Of a stretch of 64,000 bases of DNA, positions 47,707 to 58,176 are shown one piece after another. The translations under genes were made by a program, and so were the position numbers. Position 1 is the stretch's first letter, and the number at the start of each line of letters is the position of its first letter. A model generated the notes under the pieces. It saw only the letters and a list, made by a program, of their open reading frames with translations, ran no database searches and was not told where the DNA came from. This DNA is from an uncultured Lachnospiraceae bacterium. Lineage in GTDB: Bacteria > Bacillota > Clostridia > Lachnospirales > Lachnospiraceae. The DNA is taken from positions 1,931 to 65,930 of the forward strand of contig CAJUKA010000016.1 of the NCBI GenBank assembly GCA_910586585.1, written 5' to 3'.

Positions 47707-50565
47707 TCATGCTTCTGGCTGTAGTGGTATAAAATTCACATGGGTATCGTTATCAAACAAAAGGTTGGAATCTCCTAAATCTTGTTCTACAGGCTGCTCA
47801 TTGCTTTGCTGTATCATGATATCGTTGCAGCCGTCCAGCAGAAAATAGCTATTTGACTTCCAAGTATTATCTTTCTGCAGTCTAAGCTCTGTAATCACAT
47901 ATCCTAATGTGTCTACATGTCCCAGAAGTCCTGAGATATATGTTTTTAATACTATCGTGGGTGTTTCTTCATTATTAAAAGTAATAATATTACAGCCGCT
48001 TACCGCATCCGCCCGAATTTCGCCAAAAGCTTCCTCCTGCAAATACGTTTTAATTTCGCTATCCATATGCTTTCTCTCATAGATACGAATTACTGCATCT
48101 ATTTGGAGTTCTGCTATGGTGGTATATTGATTTTCTTTTCCAAGCTGAATCTGAATCGAAGCTTCTTCTCCACGAATGTGTTCTCTATACTTAGTCATAA
48201 TTGGAAATCCTGTATCTTCTGTATATCCATCTGGTAAAGGAATCTGTCTGCCTGTCTTGGTATCGGTAATCCTTAATGCATAACCACCGTCGCCTCCATT
48301 ATAACCCAAGTTTACCATCTCTATCTTTTCTTCAATTCCATCCCCATTCAAGTCCACACTTTTTGGAAACCGTATTTCTGACATAAATTCATGGTGGTTG
48401 GGAAAAAGCGCATCCAGTGTTTGCGCATCCTTTTTCATCATCTCATCAACAATCATATTGGAAATAATATAGGAGCCCCCTGACTGACTGCTGCCTGTTT
48501 TTGTTTCACCTTCAGACCATGGAAGCCAGATACCGTCTTTACCATAGGGGCGTATCATTGTCACATCCACACTATCTCCATGCTCATAAAATTCAAGCGT
48601 CACTGTACATGTGTTTTCATCTTTGGAAGGTTTTACAACTGTGCCTACTTTATTAGGATTCTGGAGAAGATTCAGCAAAGCTATAGCTGCTGTATCCGGC
48701 TGAAACAATTCCGTGTATCGTTCCTTTGCGTGTTCATTCAATGCTTCTCCTGCCTCATTATAAGAATAATAATCCATCATCGTCCCTTTTATCACACCAT
48801 GCGGATACGCCTGGTAAAATTCTTCTAAGGTGCAAATATTATCCCTATATTCAAGTATTTCTGAAGTTATGGCAAACTTATCATCTTTTATCTCATAAGT
48901 CAACAGCTCACGCCATACTGTGACATGCGGATCAGATACCCATGCATAGTATAAAATTTCTGCGGAACGGTCTTTGATATCTACAATACGATAATTCAAT
49001 TTTGACGCATCTTCACCACCAGATAAATCCCATGGCCAAGGGCTGGACCATCCAAACGCAGCATAGTCCTTCCCATCCTCAAAGCCACAAACCAGCATAT
49101 CCTCATTTACAAACTTTTGTTCTGTCTTGTCATTTGCAAGTCTGATAATTGTTCCTCCATCACGACTGCAAAACGCCTGTGCCCACTGTTCTATCAACTC
49201 TCTTACCATCAAATCTGTATTTACATGATTAAGCAATTCATTCAGCTGCTTTTTTTGCTGCTTCAATTGTACAACAGCCGTCTCGAATTGTTCAGACACT
49301 TGCAAAAGGCTCTCTTCTTTGGCTGTATTTTTACCCTGTTTTGCTTCCAGTTCCTTCAAAACCTCCAGTTCTTTTTGCAGATCTGCTGTTTGTATTTGGA
49401 GGTCTTTTTCCAATTCTTCTATCTGTGCCAATGCTTCTTTCAATTCATCATCTGTTAAGACACTATTTTGCGATGTTTTCTGTGATAATTCATCCGCATT
49501 TTTCAAAAGCTGTTCTTGCTGCGCAGTAAGTTTATAAACATCCATCTCTGCAAAAGTAGTTCCACTATTCTGTGTTGATTTGTCTTCAACCAAATCGAAG
49601 TCTTTCTCTTTTTTTTGTGTCATAAAGCATACAGGAACAATAATACACGCTAAAATTGCGGCTGCGAGAATCCAAAACGCTGGCTTTTTATAATCTAAAA
49701 TATTTTTGACACGTTCTTTCACTCCCACCTCACCAAAAGCGACCGGACAAGCGGCAATCATACGGCGGTTTACCGCACAGCTTAAGAGTGCCTGTGAATA
49801 TTCTTTTTTGCACTGTATCCCAATCTGCTGCACGACACGCTCATCACAGACAAGTTCAATATCCCTGCAAAGCAGTATATAAGCAATCCACATACAGGGA
49901 TTGAACCAATATACAGATAAAAGTATAAATCCTATTGGTTTTATCAGATAATCTCCGCTTCTTCGATGCGTTTTTTCATGCAGAATTACATATGGAAGAT
50001 CTTTATCAGATATCGAATAAGGAATATAAATACGCGGTTTAACGATTCCAAATAAAAATGGCATTTCTATTCTGTCACTTTGATAAATTCGTATAAAACA
50101 CGCTTCATCCAATGCAACATCATTTGGTATCGCCGTCTTAACACGGCTTGCAAGCCGCAGCCAGCTTATTGCCATATATCCCATCATCAGCCCAATTCCA
50201 ACTATCCACAATCTTGCGCAAACGGAAATCCAACTCTTTGGGCGATTTACAGAGATGTCATCTGCAAAAGAAATTTCTGTTTTCTGAATAGACGAAGTTG
50301 CAGGACTATAAACGGTTTCTGTTTTTAAATCTGGCTCCTGCTGCATCTCATAAAGTGATGCTTCTACTGTTTTTGTATCTGGAATCAGACTAAATACAGA
50401 CTCTATCGAAAATGGAAACAACAGACGAATCCCTACCAAAAACCATAAAAAACAACGCATCGTTTTTGGCGCTTTTCTCAGAAAGAAACGAACAATAAGC
50501 ACCGCAAAAACTAAATAACTTGCCGAGATACTCATGTTAAAAATATTGATAAACAATTTCTCCAT
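47707..50565 (-). CDS. BlaR1/MecR1-type M56 metallopeptidase with a non-PBP extracellular region
   Basis: HEKTH zinc motif; YWFNPCMW; DIELVCDE; VAFGEVGVKERVKNIL; coiled coil and unknown C-terminal domains. Confidence 0.9.
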   Translation of the reverse strand: MEKLFINIFNMSISASYLVFAVLIVRFFLRKAPKTMRCFLWFLVGIRLLFPFSIESVFSLIPDTKTVEASLYEMQQEPDLKTETVYSPATSSIQKTEISFADDISVNRPKSWISVCARLWIVGIGLMMGYMAISWLRLASRVKTAIPNDVALDEACFIRIYQSDRIEMPFLFGIVKPRIYIPYSISDKDLPYVILHEKTHRRSGDYLIKPIGFILLSVYWFNPCMWIAYILLCRDIELVCDERVVQQIGIQCKKEYSQALLSCAVNRRMIAACPVAFGEVGVKERVKNILDYKKPAFWILAAAILACIIVPVCFMTQKKEKDFDLVEDKSTQNSGTTFAEMDVYKLTAQQEQLLKNADELSQKTSQNSVLTDDELKEALAQIEELEKDLQIQTADLQKELEVLKELEAKQGKNTAKEESLLQVSEQFETAVVQLKQQKKQLNELLNHVNTDLMVRELIEQWAQAFCSRDGGTIIRLANDKTEQKFVNEDMLVCGFEDGKDYAAFGWSSPWPWDLSGGEDASKLNYRIVDIKDRSAEILYYAWVSDPHVTVWRELLTYEIKDDKFAITSEILEYRDNICTLEEFYQAYPHGVIKGTMMDYYSYNEAGEALNEHAKERYTELFQPDTAAIALLNLLQNPNKVGTVVKPSKDENTCTVTLEFYEHGDSVDVTMIRPYGKDGIWLPWSEGETKTGSSQSGGSYIISNMIVDEMMKKDAQTLDALFPNHHEFMSEIRFPKSVDLNGDGIEEKIEMVNLGYNGGDGGYALRITDTKTGRQIPLPDGYTEDTGFPIMTKYREHIRGEEASIQIQLGKENQYTTIAELQIDAVIRIYERKHMDSEIKTYLQEEAFGEIRADAVSGCNIITFNNEETPTIVLKTYISGLLGHVDTLGYVITELRLQKDNTWKSNSYFLLDGCNDIMIQQSNEQPVEQDLGDSNLLFDNDTHVNFIPLQPEA

Positions 50566-50624
50566 AAATAAGCTCCTTCCAAATATTTGTGATGACCATA
50601 TTGCCATCAGCATGATTTTTCAAT

Positions 50625-50984
50625 CTAATCCTTATAAGTATCAATAATCTTTTGAATTTCATCAACTTCCTGTTTTGAAAGCTGTTTTTTTCTGGTAAAT
50701 GCAGCAATAAAACTTGGCAGAGAACCTGAAAACGTGCGATCTACCACCTCTGCACTTTCTGCTGACTGTACATCTTCCCTAGATACAAGCGAGGTTACAA
50801 CTGCTCCTTCAGATTTCAAAATACCACGCTCTGACAAACGCCGAATGACCGTATAAGTTGTTGACTTTTTCCATTCTAATTTTTCGTTGCACAAACGCAC
50901 CAGTTCACTGCTGGAAACAGGTTCATTTTCCCACAATATTTCACAAAACCGATATTCACTTTCAAATATTTTTGGAATCTCCAT
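50625..50984 (-). CDS. BlaI/MecI/CopY family repressor
   Basis: SEYRFCEILWENEP; WKKSTTYTVIRRL; FSGSLPSFIAAF. Confidence 0.93.
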   Translation of the reverse strand: MEIPKIFESEYRFCEILWENEPVSSSELVRLCNEKLEWKKSTTYTVIRRLSERGILKSEGAVVTSLVSREDVQSAESAEVVDRTFSGSLPSFIAAFTRKKQLSKQEVDEIQKIIDTYKD

Positions 50985-51051
50985 ATACTTTCCCTTCCTT
51001 ATTATAATACTGTACTCTCGAATACATAATATTTTTAGATATGCGCAAAAA

Positions 51052-51094
51052 GGTCTAATGTATTAAACCTATTTTTAGTTTAACGCATTAGACC
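51052..51094. promoter_or_regulatory. Paired palindromic operators upstream of the BlaI-like gene
   Basis: GGTCTAATGTATTAAACC (51052-51069) and AGTTTAACGCATTAGACC (51077-51094). Confidence 0.7.
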
Positions 51095-51124
51095 AAAATT
51101 GTCAATTATTATTTATAAAATTAC

Positions 51125-52291
51125 TTATTTTAATAGATATTGCGTTTCATTTACTGTAATGGATTCAATATTATTGATATCAACCAAACGATTAAAAACA
51201 AGCATCAGATTGTTTTGTTCATCACCGCATATATAACTTGCATTATCTATTTCAATATCACAAGCGTGAACATTCTCTAATTCATGCTCGTGTACAATAT
51301 AATCTGTTCCATCTTTATACTGTACAGCGACAAAATAGGCATGATAGGGATCATATGCGTCCTCTTCTGACAATCCAAGTCCTGTATTCATATCAACTCT
51401 CATTGAAATTGGAGAAATACTAATTTTGCCGCCGTCCGGATTCACATATTCTACATTTTGAAGCAGGGTACGCGTTGGAATCGAAATTTCTTCCATGGAA
51501 ATATGTTTTCCTATCTCTGCATCTTCCATATCAAACAGCTCTTTTCTTGGTACAGCATACTGATATACTTCCATAATGAGTTCTGTTGTTCCAGTATTAT
51601 AACTCTTTCTTGCAATATAATCATAACAATAAATCATATCATTGGTTGATTTTTCCATATCGACATAGATTTTTTCACTGCCATCTTTAAACTGCATATA
51701 AAACTCTGCATCTTCCGAAAACCATGCTCCCTTTGTTTCATTGTCCAACTGACTGTATTCTAATACATCAACACCTCCTTCTTTTTCTAATGTAAATTCT
51801 ATGACAGCCGCATTTCCATCTGAGACCGCCGCCAAAATAGTCAGTTTGATATCTCCAAATTCCCTTATGACAGGTTCATAAGAAACTGCATTTCCTATCA
51901 ATTCTTCCGCCTTATTTGCATCTATATCCACAAATTCCTGCTTCGGATAGGTAATCATACAAGAGGTGTCTTTTTCCGCATCATACACAATTTCATCATG
52001 AGTCTCAATGTTTTTCTTTCCCAATGTTCCCCATAATCGGTTAAAAAATGCCCCATCTGATGCAGCATTTGCAAGAACTGGCGCAGAAATAAATAATACC
52101 ACTGCCGCCGCTGCCACTTTCAGCACATTTCTTTTTGTTGTCTGTCCTATATTTTTTCTATATTCTTTCAACATCCTCAATTTGTCCTCCTGATACTTTT
52201 GTGAAAATTCATGTTTTTCATGAAATGCATCGAAATCCTCAATTGATATATCAATCGCTGCCAAATCTATGTAAACTTGTTCCTGTTTCAT
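51125..52291 (-). CDS. Putative membrane-anchored anti-sigma factor
   Basis: HEFSQKY N-terminus and a single TM helix (KVAAAAVVLFIS); directly after an ECF sigma gene. Confidence 0.7.
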   Translation of the reverse strand: MKQEQVYIDLAAIDISIEDFDAFHEKHEFSQKYQEDKLRMLKEYRKNIGQTTKRNVLKVAAAAVVLFISAPVLANAASDGAFFNRLWGTLGKKNIETHDEIVYDAEKDTSCMITYPKQEFVDIDANKAEELIGNAVSYEPVIREFGDIKLTILAAVSDGNAAVIEFTLEKEGGVDVLEYSQLDNETKGAWFSEDAEFYMQFKDGSEKIYVDMEKSTNDMIYCYDYIARKSYNTGTTELIMEVYQYAVPRKELFDMEDAEIGKHISMEEISIPTRTLLQNVEYVNPDGGKISISPISMRVDMNTGLGLSEEDAYDPYHAYFVAVQYKDGTDYIVHEHELENVHACDIEIDNASYICGDEQNNLMLVFNRLVDINNIESITVNETQYLLK

Positions 52292-52307
52292 ATTGTTTGC
52301 TTCCTTT

Positions 52308-52805
52308 CTATGCTGTTTTCAGCATTTTCTTTGAGCGTTCAAATCGCTTTCTCACTGTCGCTTCTGTAATATTGAGTTTTCTTGCTGTTTCTTTCACAGA
52401 CAAATTTTTAAGAACTAAGCAATCTACAACTGCATAATATTTAGGCGGCAATTTCGCAATCAACTCTTTTAAATCAATTTCTTCTTTCATTTCGATGCAG
52501 CCGCCTGCCCAATCTATCATCACATCCTCATTGGAATAACTGATAATCTCCTGCTCTTTTCTTTTTTTATTGTATATGTCAATGGATGAATGCTTTATCA
52601 CTGTGATAAGATACCGCTTGCAGTCATCGGAATCTACATCGGAAAAATATACAGCACTCTTCATCAGCTTCAAAAAAGCTTCCTGTACAGCATCTTCTGC
52701 CTGTTCTGCATGATGCAGGATATAATATGCAGACTGGTACATTTTTTGTTCATATCGCTGATAACACTTTTCGATAAATCGCATATGTGCTTTTTTATCA
52801 AACAT
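52308..52805 (-). CDS. ECF RNA polymerase sigma factor
   Basis: AEDAVQEAFLKL; LPPKY; SVKETARKLNITEATVRKR. Confidence 0.9.
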   Translation of the reverse strand: MFDKKAHMRFIEKCYQRYEQKMYQSAYYILHHAEQAEDAVQEAFLKLMKSAVYFSDVDSDDCKRYLITVIKHSSIDIYNKKRKEQEIISYSNEDVMIDWAGGCIEMKEEIDLKELIAKLPPKYYAVVDCLVLKNLSVKETARKLNITEATVRKRFERSKKMLKTA

Positions 52806-52958
52806 TGCACTTTTACTCCTTTCAAAGATTTTTCAAGTCTTTCACAACTGTGCACATTGTGTTTACACTTAATATAACCATATAAAAAAAGATTTTGTGA
52901 CAAAATCGAGCGACAACATGCTCAAAAAACTATGTTTTTCCTCCTCATTAATATGCAA

Positions 52959-53027
52959 AAGGGGCTGTCTTATTAAGGAGAAACAATACACCCTCTTGTA
53001 TTGTTTCTCCTTAACAAACAGCCCCTT
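52959..53027. terminator. Long hairpin downstream of the HD gene
   Basis: AAGGGGCTGT..TTAAGGAGAAACAATACA / TGTATTGTTTCTCCTTAA..ACAGCCCCTT. Confidence 0.65.
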
Positions 53028-53052
53028 GTATTTAACATGTGATATAAAATGG

Positions 53053-53625
53053 TCACTTTCTCACAATTTCGTACAAATCTTTTCCTGTTTTTCCTGAAAA
53101 ATATTCTTTCAATTCTATATTCTTATCCCATTTTTCTTTTGGATACTTCCCATACCTGTTTTTTACGTCTGACATACGGTCCTCAATGTTCATCACACCT
53201 TCTGCACCTGCAATACTGTCACAAAGCTGAATTAACCGGTCATAATCATCATATTCAACAGATGCCAATGCTTCTTTCAATTCTTCGATTTCATTGTCTT
53301 CAATGTCAAATCTACCAATGTAATCATGAATATTTTGAACACTAAAGGAATGCGTCAGACATATCTTAGCCACTTCATCAAATCCAAGCTTCAGCATATA
53401 TTGATATCCATCATAGACATGGCCTAAATGCTTTACTCCAAACTTTCTGCCAATATCATGTAACAATCCCAAAACATAAGCCTTTTGACTGTCCATCCCC
53501 TCACATTCCCGCGCAATCCGTTCTGCACATTGCGCAGTCACTCTACTGTGATTCACCCAGGCTCCTGGGTTGCACTCCTCTGCATCCTTTAATAAAAACT
53601 CTGCCATCTCTTGAACTGGTAACAT
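53053..53625 (-). CDS. HD-domain phosphohydrolase
   Basis: WVNHS; GLLHDIGR; LTHSF; LCDS. Confidence 0.9.
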   Translation of the reverse strand: MLPVQEMAEFLLKDAEECNPGAWVNHSRVTAQCAERIARECEGMDSQKAYVLGLLHDIGRKFGVKHLGHVYDGYQYMLKLGFDEVAKICLTHSFSVQNIHDYIGRFDIEDNEIEELKEALASVEYDDYDRLIQLCDSIAGAEGVMNIEDRMSDVKNRYGKYPKEKWDKNIELKEYFSGKTGKDLYEIVRK

Positions 53626-53817
53626 AGATACTCCTTCCTAATTTCTTTTGTAGTAACATTTATAACTCCCTCAAAATTCTCTCTGATTAATATCCAGCTC
53701 ATGCAGAATTCTCTGCAGCAGTTCTTTACAAAGCTCTGCATCCTGCATGACCTACTTTATTATACACAACCCTATCTTAAAATACAACCGCTATTTCTAC
53801 TTGAGTTACCGCAGCTT

Positions 53818-54122
53818 GTAACAGTGTTATAATTCACACTTACGCCAGATTTCTCATATACTTACAACGATTTCGGTGTGAATTGCAACAATTGATGCAC
53901 ACAAAATGCTAAAAAGCACGCATTTTGGCGCTTGCTCCGACGCCATGCAGCAAGTGCATGGCGCAGGTGTGAAAAGTAACGTAACAGTTCAGTCTTCGAC
54001 TTCCTGTTACAAGGCATCAAGCCATGCAAAAAAATCACTCCGTGGTGACTTGATGCTTCTCAACCACTATGTATTCTTACGGACTTTGCAGCATCGTGCA
54101 AAGTCCTAGGCTGAACCGTTAC
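53818..54122 (+). mobile_element. MITE family B, copy 1, with a family A copy nested in its left end
   Basis: GTAACAGTTCAG...CTGAACCGTTAC; flanks CGCAGCTT (53810-53817) and CGCAGCAT (54123-54130); homologous to 63588-63723. Confidence 0.82.
53826..53980 (-). mobile_element. MITE family A, copy 2 (inverted) with 8-bp TSD GTAACAGT
   Basis: Reverse complement of 32409-32563 with three substitutions; GTAACAGT at 53818-53825 and 53981-53988. Confidence 0.9.
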
Positions 54123-54242
54123 CGCAGCATACCTTTCTCATGTCAAAGTACAGATTATTGCATCCAGAAAAGATATTTACCTGGAATCTCATCAATACTG
54201 CTGCTATGTCACCTTCAAAGTTTATGGTGCGAAATTACAATT

Positions 54243-55829
54243 TCACACGACTGCCTCCACAACTACTTTATTCCCAATCTGAATTTCCTTTACTCCCATT
54301 TCCTTATTCTTGTTAAAGTTAAAACTGAGCATATATCCCTTATTTTTGCGGTAGTAATCCAAATAATCTGTAAGCTGCTTTTCACCTCTTTCATTATACT
54401 CGCTGCCATGCCAAATTTTAAGTTCGACAATGAATTGTTCTCCAAGATAATCCACTATGATGTCGGTGCGTCTTTCATCCCTTGTCTGTGCCTCAAGATA
54501 GTAATTCCCTGTGCCGTTTATAATAGGCTTTAAATAGATCAGAAAAATTTTTCTGCCCTGTTTTTCAATAAATTTCTGATCGCTTTGTCCATAAATCTCT
54601 GTAAAATACTCAACAAACTTTTTCAGGACAAGCGTCATATCCAACATATTATCTTTGATAAAGCCAACCCTGTCGCTGCCTCCCTGCGCATAGATATCGC
54701 TCCCCGATTCTTCTGCCATAAACAAGTTTAGCAGACACATTTCAAACATCCTGTTTGCTATTGACACACGACTGTTTTCCTCCTTCAAAAAACCAAGCAT
54801 TAGCCCAAGGCTAATCGACTTTTGTTCAGGACTAAATGTTACTTTCCTTCCGCGATATATAATGTCTTCTATCATGCCACGCAGGTCTTTATAAATATCA
54901 AGCTGCTTTGTCATGCTTTCAAACAGCGGCGAGCTTTTTCTCAATATATTGCTTACTGCCCTTTCAATTCCTTGCTTTGTCCATGTTTTCTGCATTGTTT
55001 CAAAGCCTACAGTTCCAAAAATCTTTTCGTCAAGCTGTTTGCATATTGAGGAAACAAGGACAGGATAACCTGATGTATATTGATATATTTCTTCCGCTAC
55101 TCCTTTTATATTCATTCCCGTTTTATTTTCCTCTTCATATTCTTCCAACATATTCTCGATCTGAGACACGGAAAAACTCATATCTATATCAAAATCAGCG
55201 GCAATGTTCCATGGACTGTTATACTGATGCTCCGAATCAGAACGCAACTTTAATTTGAGGTTTTTTATGTCATACACACCTGCCAGAATTACGGAATGAA
55301 AAATCGGCGTTTCATCACGATTTAAATAGTATTTTCTAAGAAGCGCCAAAAAATCAACAAACACCTGATTATTGCCCGCACTGTCAACCTCGTCAATCAT
55401 CAACACAATCGGACGCGGACTTTTCTCACACATACCGCTTAACCGCACAAACAAGTCTTTTAAACCAATATCATGTCTTTCACGAATCTCGTTCAGCGGC
55501 TCAAGCAATTCCCTCATTCCGCTTATTTCAGTCATCTTAAACGCCCTGGCAAAAACATCGGCAAATGCACGCGTAAAAGTCACAGTGTCTGCAAATTCTT
55601 CCGTTCCAAGTTCCTGAAAGTCCAATGATACAACAATATACTCTCCCTTTAAATATTGTTTTAAAGCTCTAAGCGTTGTCGTCTTTCCATATTGACGTCC
55701 CCTGTTAATGACAAAATAACTGCCATAATCTACAAAGTCCTCCTTAATCTTTTCCAGTCGATTGTCCAACTGGACCATATAATGTCTTTGCGGACTACAT
55801 GAACCTGTTATGTTAAATCTGCGTCTCAT
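54243..55829 (-). CDS. AAA-ATPase-like protein with a C-terminal PD-(D/E)XK nuclease-like domain
   Basis: RGRQYGKTT; LMIDEVD; SPWNIA; RTDIIV...IVELKIWHG. Confidence 0.85.
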   Translation of the reverse strand: MRRRFNITGSCSPQRHYMVQLDNRLEKIKEDFVDYGSYFVINRGRQYGKTTTLRALKQYLKGEYIVVSLDFQELGTEEFADTVTFTRAFADVFARAFKMTEISGMRELLEPLNEIRERHDIGLKDLFVRLSGMCEKSPRPIVLMIDEVDSAGNNQVFVDFLALLRKYYLNRDETPIFHSVILAGVYDIKNLKLKLRSDSEHQYNSPWNIAADFDIDMSFSVSQIENMLEEYEEENKTGMNIKGVAEEIYQYTSGYPVLVSSICKQLDEKIFGTVGFETMQKTWTKQGIERAVSNILRKSSPLFESMTKQLDIYKDLRGMIEDIIYRGRKVTFSPEQKSISLGLMLGFLKEENSRVSIANRMFEMCLLNLFMAEESGSDIYAQGGSDRVGFIKDNMLDMTLVLKKFVEYFTEIYGQSDQKFIEKQGRKIFLIYLKPIINGTGNYYLEAQTRDERRTDIIVDYLGEQFIVELKIWHGSEYNERGEKQLTDYLDYYRKNKGYMLSFNFNKNKEMGVKEIQIGNKVVVEAVV

Positions 55830-55934
55830 ATCTCTACCTCCAGCACACAAAAAGTGTAACAGTTTCCTATTTAAAATTATTTTATCATTACAGCCAAAAT
55901 ATGTAAATCTATGAAAAACTTAACTACCTTCGAA

Positions 55935-56579
55935 TTAGCAATCCTGCTTTTCCAATCTTCCCTGATCCATTTCATACACTTCATCACACAAGATCTCAAT
56001 GTCCTCTTTATTATGGCTTGCAAGTATTATTGTTTTTCCCAAATCCCGCAGTCCCATCAAAATCCCTCTGACCTCCTCCACACCCTGCTTATCCAGACTG
56101 TTCATTGGCTCGTCCAAAATCAGTATTTCAGGATTTTCCATGATAGCCTGCGCTATACCCAAACGCTGTTTCATTCCTAATGAATATTTCCCAACCTTTT
56201 TATGACTATCCGGGTCAAGCCCTGCTTTTTCCATACTCTCTCTGATTTCCTTTTTTCCGATCACATTGCGTATGCTTGCCAAATATGCAAGGTTTTTAAA
56301 TCCTGTATACCCCTTTAAAAATCCAGGATTTTCTATAATAATCCCTATATTATCCGCAAAATCCGTATCCTTTCCAATCTCTTTTCCACATACAATAACA
56401 CGTCCTTTGGTAGGCTTTAAATAACCTGTTATCAGCTTAAACAGAACTGTCTTTCCAGAACCGTTTCTTCCCATAATTCCATAAATTTTTCCTCTTTCAA
56501 TGTCCAGATTAACATTTTCAAGCACAGTAACATCACCAAATTTTTTCGATAAATTCTCAATCCTGATAATCTCTGTCAT
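55935..56579 (-). CDS. ABC transporter ATP-binding protein
   Basis: GRNGSGKT; YSLGMKQRL; ILDEPMN. Confidence 0.93.
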   Translation of the reverse strand: MTEIIRIENLSKKFGDVTVLENVNLDIERGKIYGIMGRNGSGKTVLFKLITGYLKPTKGRVIVCGKEIGKDTDFADNIGIIIENPGFLKGYTGFKNLAYLASIRNVIGKKEIRESMEKAGLDPDSHKKVGKYSLGMKQRLGIAQAIMENPEILILDEPMNSLDKQGVEEVRGILMGLRDLGKTIILASHNKEDIEILCDEVYEMDQGRLEKQDC

Positions 56580-56655
56580 ACAAAAGCTCCCTTTCTCTCC
56601 TGACTAAAATTTCCAGTATCAACGATTCCTCATGTTTTTCTGTTTTCTATCTGTC

Positions 56656-57285
56656 CTAGATTTTCCTTTCCAGAAAAATTCTTCCAGCCAGATAAACAAG
56701 CGCAATCAGCGCCATCTCGGTTAACAGGGAAAGCAGAACAGAAACTCCCGTCTCCCCAAAATACCATTTGCTTTGAAAATACATCCCCCACATTCCATAC
56801 ATAAACTGGGCTATTCTCATATTTGAAAAGCCCGCGAGAAAAGTAATTCCTTCCAACAGTAACAGAACGGCAGGCGCAAGTTTCCTAAACCTTGTCAAAT
56901 CCAGTACAAGAAAAAAAATCATTGTCATAATAAGATGTATAGACCATAATAAAAACATTTTCCATTTTTCTTCTGAAAGTTCCCCAAGGTTCACAACATC
57001 AGCCGCTATTGCTGTGATAAACAAAATTACCACCGCCAATACACTGTTTCGTAGAACTCTGAGAAATTTCCATCGCCACCATTTTTTGACTGTCACATAA
57101 CGGTAACATGCAAGAGGTTCTATTTTCCTCCACTTTTCAAGCCAGAAACCTTCCGCCAGCAGGCAGATGCCAATGGGCAAAAGCCAACTTGCCAGTTCTT
57201 GTAATACCTTTTCAAAATCTACCGCCCAGCTTGAACCGTCCTGTGAAACTCCTCCAAAAAAGTTTAAAATCATACTCTGATTCAT
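56656..57285 (-). CDS. Membrane protein (ABC permease-like)
   Basis: Multiple TM helices; in an operon with the ABC ATPase. Confidence 0.7.
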   Translation of the reverse strand: MNQSMILNFFGGVSQDGSSWAVDFEKVLQELASWLLPIGICLLAEGFWLEKWRKIEPLACYRYVTVKKWWRWKFLRVLRNSVLAVVILFITAIAADVVNLGELSEEKWKMFLLWSIHLIMTMIFFLVLDLTRFRKLAPAVLLLLEGITFLAGFSNMRIAQFMYGMWGMYFQSKWYFGETGVSVLLSLLTEMALIALVYLAGRIFLERKI

Positions 57286-57351
57286 AATATACCTCACTGT
57301 TTTGCTATTTGCCTATCAAAAAATGATACTCAGCATAAACAAAATTAACAT

Positions 57352-58176
57352 CTATCTTGCGTGAAGGTCCACTTTCTTTATGGCAAATACTGACGCTGCA
57401 GCCATAACAAGAATGAAAACCAGCATCATACAAGGATATTTCCAGATTCCGCCTATGTCGTCCACATAATACACCGGACTCTGACGCAGACTGCCCACGG
57501 AGGATAAGATAACGCCTCCCAAATGCACCACTGCCACCGCCGCCAATCCCCAAAAACCGCCAAATGCAAGGTTACACAGATACAAAAGGACTCCCAGAAA
57601 AACGAAATAACAAAGCATATACAAAAAGGTAATACCAAACGCCTGAGGAACTGTCATAAATTTCATCATTGCTGCGCCATCAAAGAAAATATGATATTTT
57701 TCTGCAATCGCATTTGAGGAAACAGTTGACAGAATATAGACGGGACTGCTCCAAAACTCTCCTGAAAATCCAAAAGGAACACTGACAACAACTGAAATGG
57801 CAGCAAGACACGTGATATACAGAAGTGCCTGCATGAAAACATAAAACAACATGCCCATGTTCCAGCTTTGTCTGCCGCTGCGATACAGTATCATATAGGT
57901 ATTTCCTTTGACAAAAGGCGCATCCCCTATGACCAGCAGATATCCCAGAATCCAGAACCTGCACGCCATCCCCTGATTTGCGGTGACAATAAAGTTCTCA
58001 CAAATATTAACAGATTCCCTAATCCCCATTGCATATCGCAGGAAATCATTTGTTCCCATAGCCAGAAATGTCATTCCCAACAGATATCCTAGCATTACCC
58101 TGACACTGCCCATTTCCTGTTTCAACATCCCAAAGGCAATAAGAATTGCCCTGGTACTCCCTATCGTCTTACTCAT
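57352..58176 (-). CDS. Membrane protein (ABC permease-like)
   Basis: TM helices; GDAPF...ILYRSGRQSW. Confidence 0.75.
   Translation of the reverse strand: MSKTIGSTRAILIAFGMLKQEMGSVRVMLGYLLGMTFLAMGTNDFLRYAMGIRESVNICENFIVTANQGMACRFWILGYLLVIGDAPFVKGNTYMILYRSGRQSWNMGMLFYVFMQALLYITCLAAISVVVSVPFGFSGEFWSSPVYILSTVSSNAIAEKYHIFFDGAAMMKFMTVPQAFGITFLYMLCYFVFLGVLLYLCNLAFGGFWGLAAVAVVHLGGVILSSVGSLRQSPVYYVDDIGGIWKYPCMMLVFILVMAAASVFAIKKVDLHAR

Noticed and set aside
47707..50984. Beta-lactam resistance locus (blaZ/mecA type)
   Set aside because: No beta-lactamase or PBP gene is adjacent and no PBP sensor domain was recognised.
53906..54109. Small ORF spanning the nested elements as a transposase
   Set aside because: It is 67 aa, crosses the A/B junction and has no transposase motifs.
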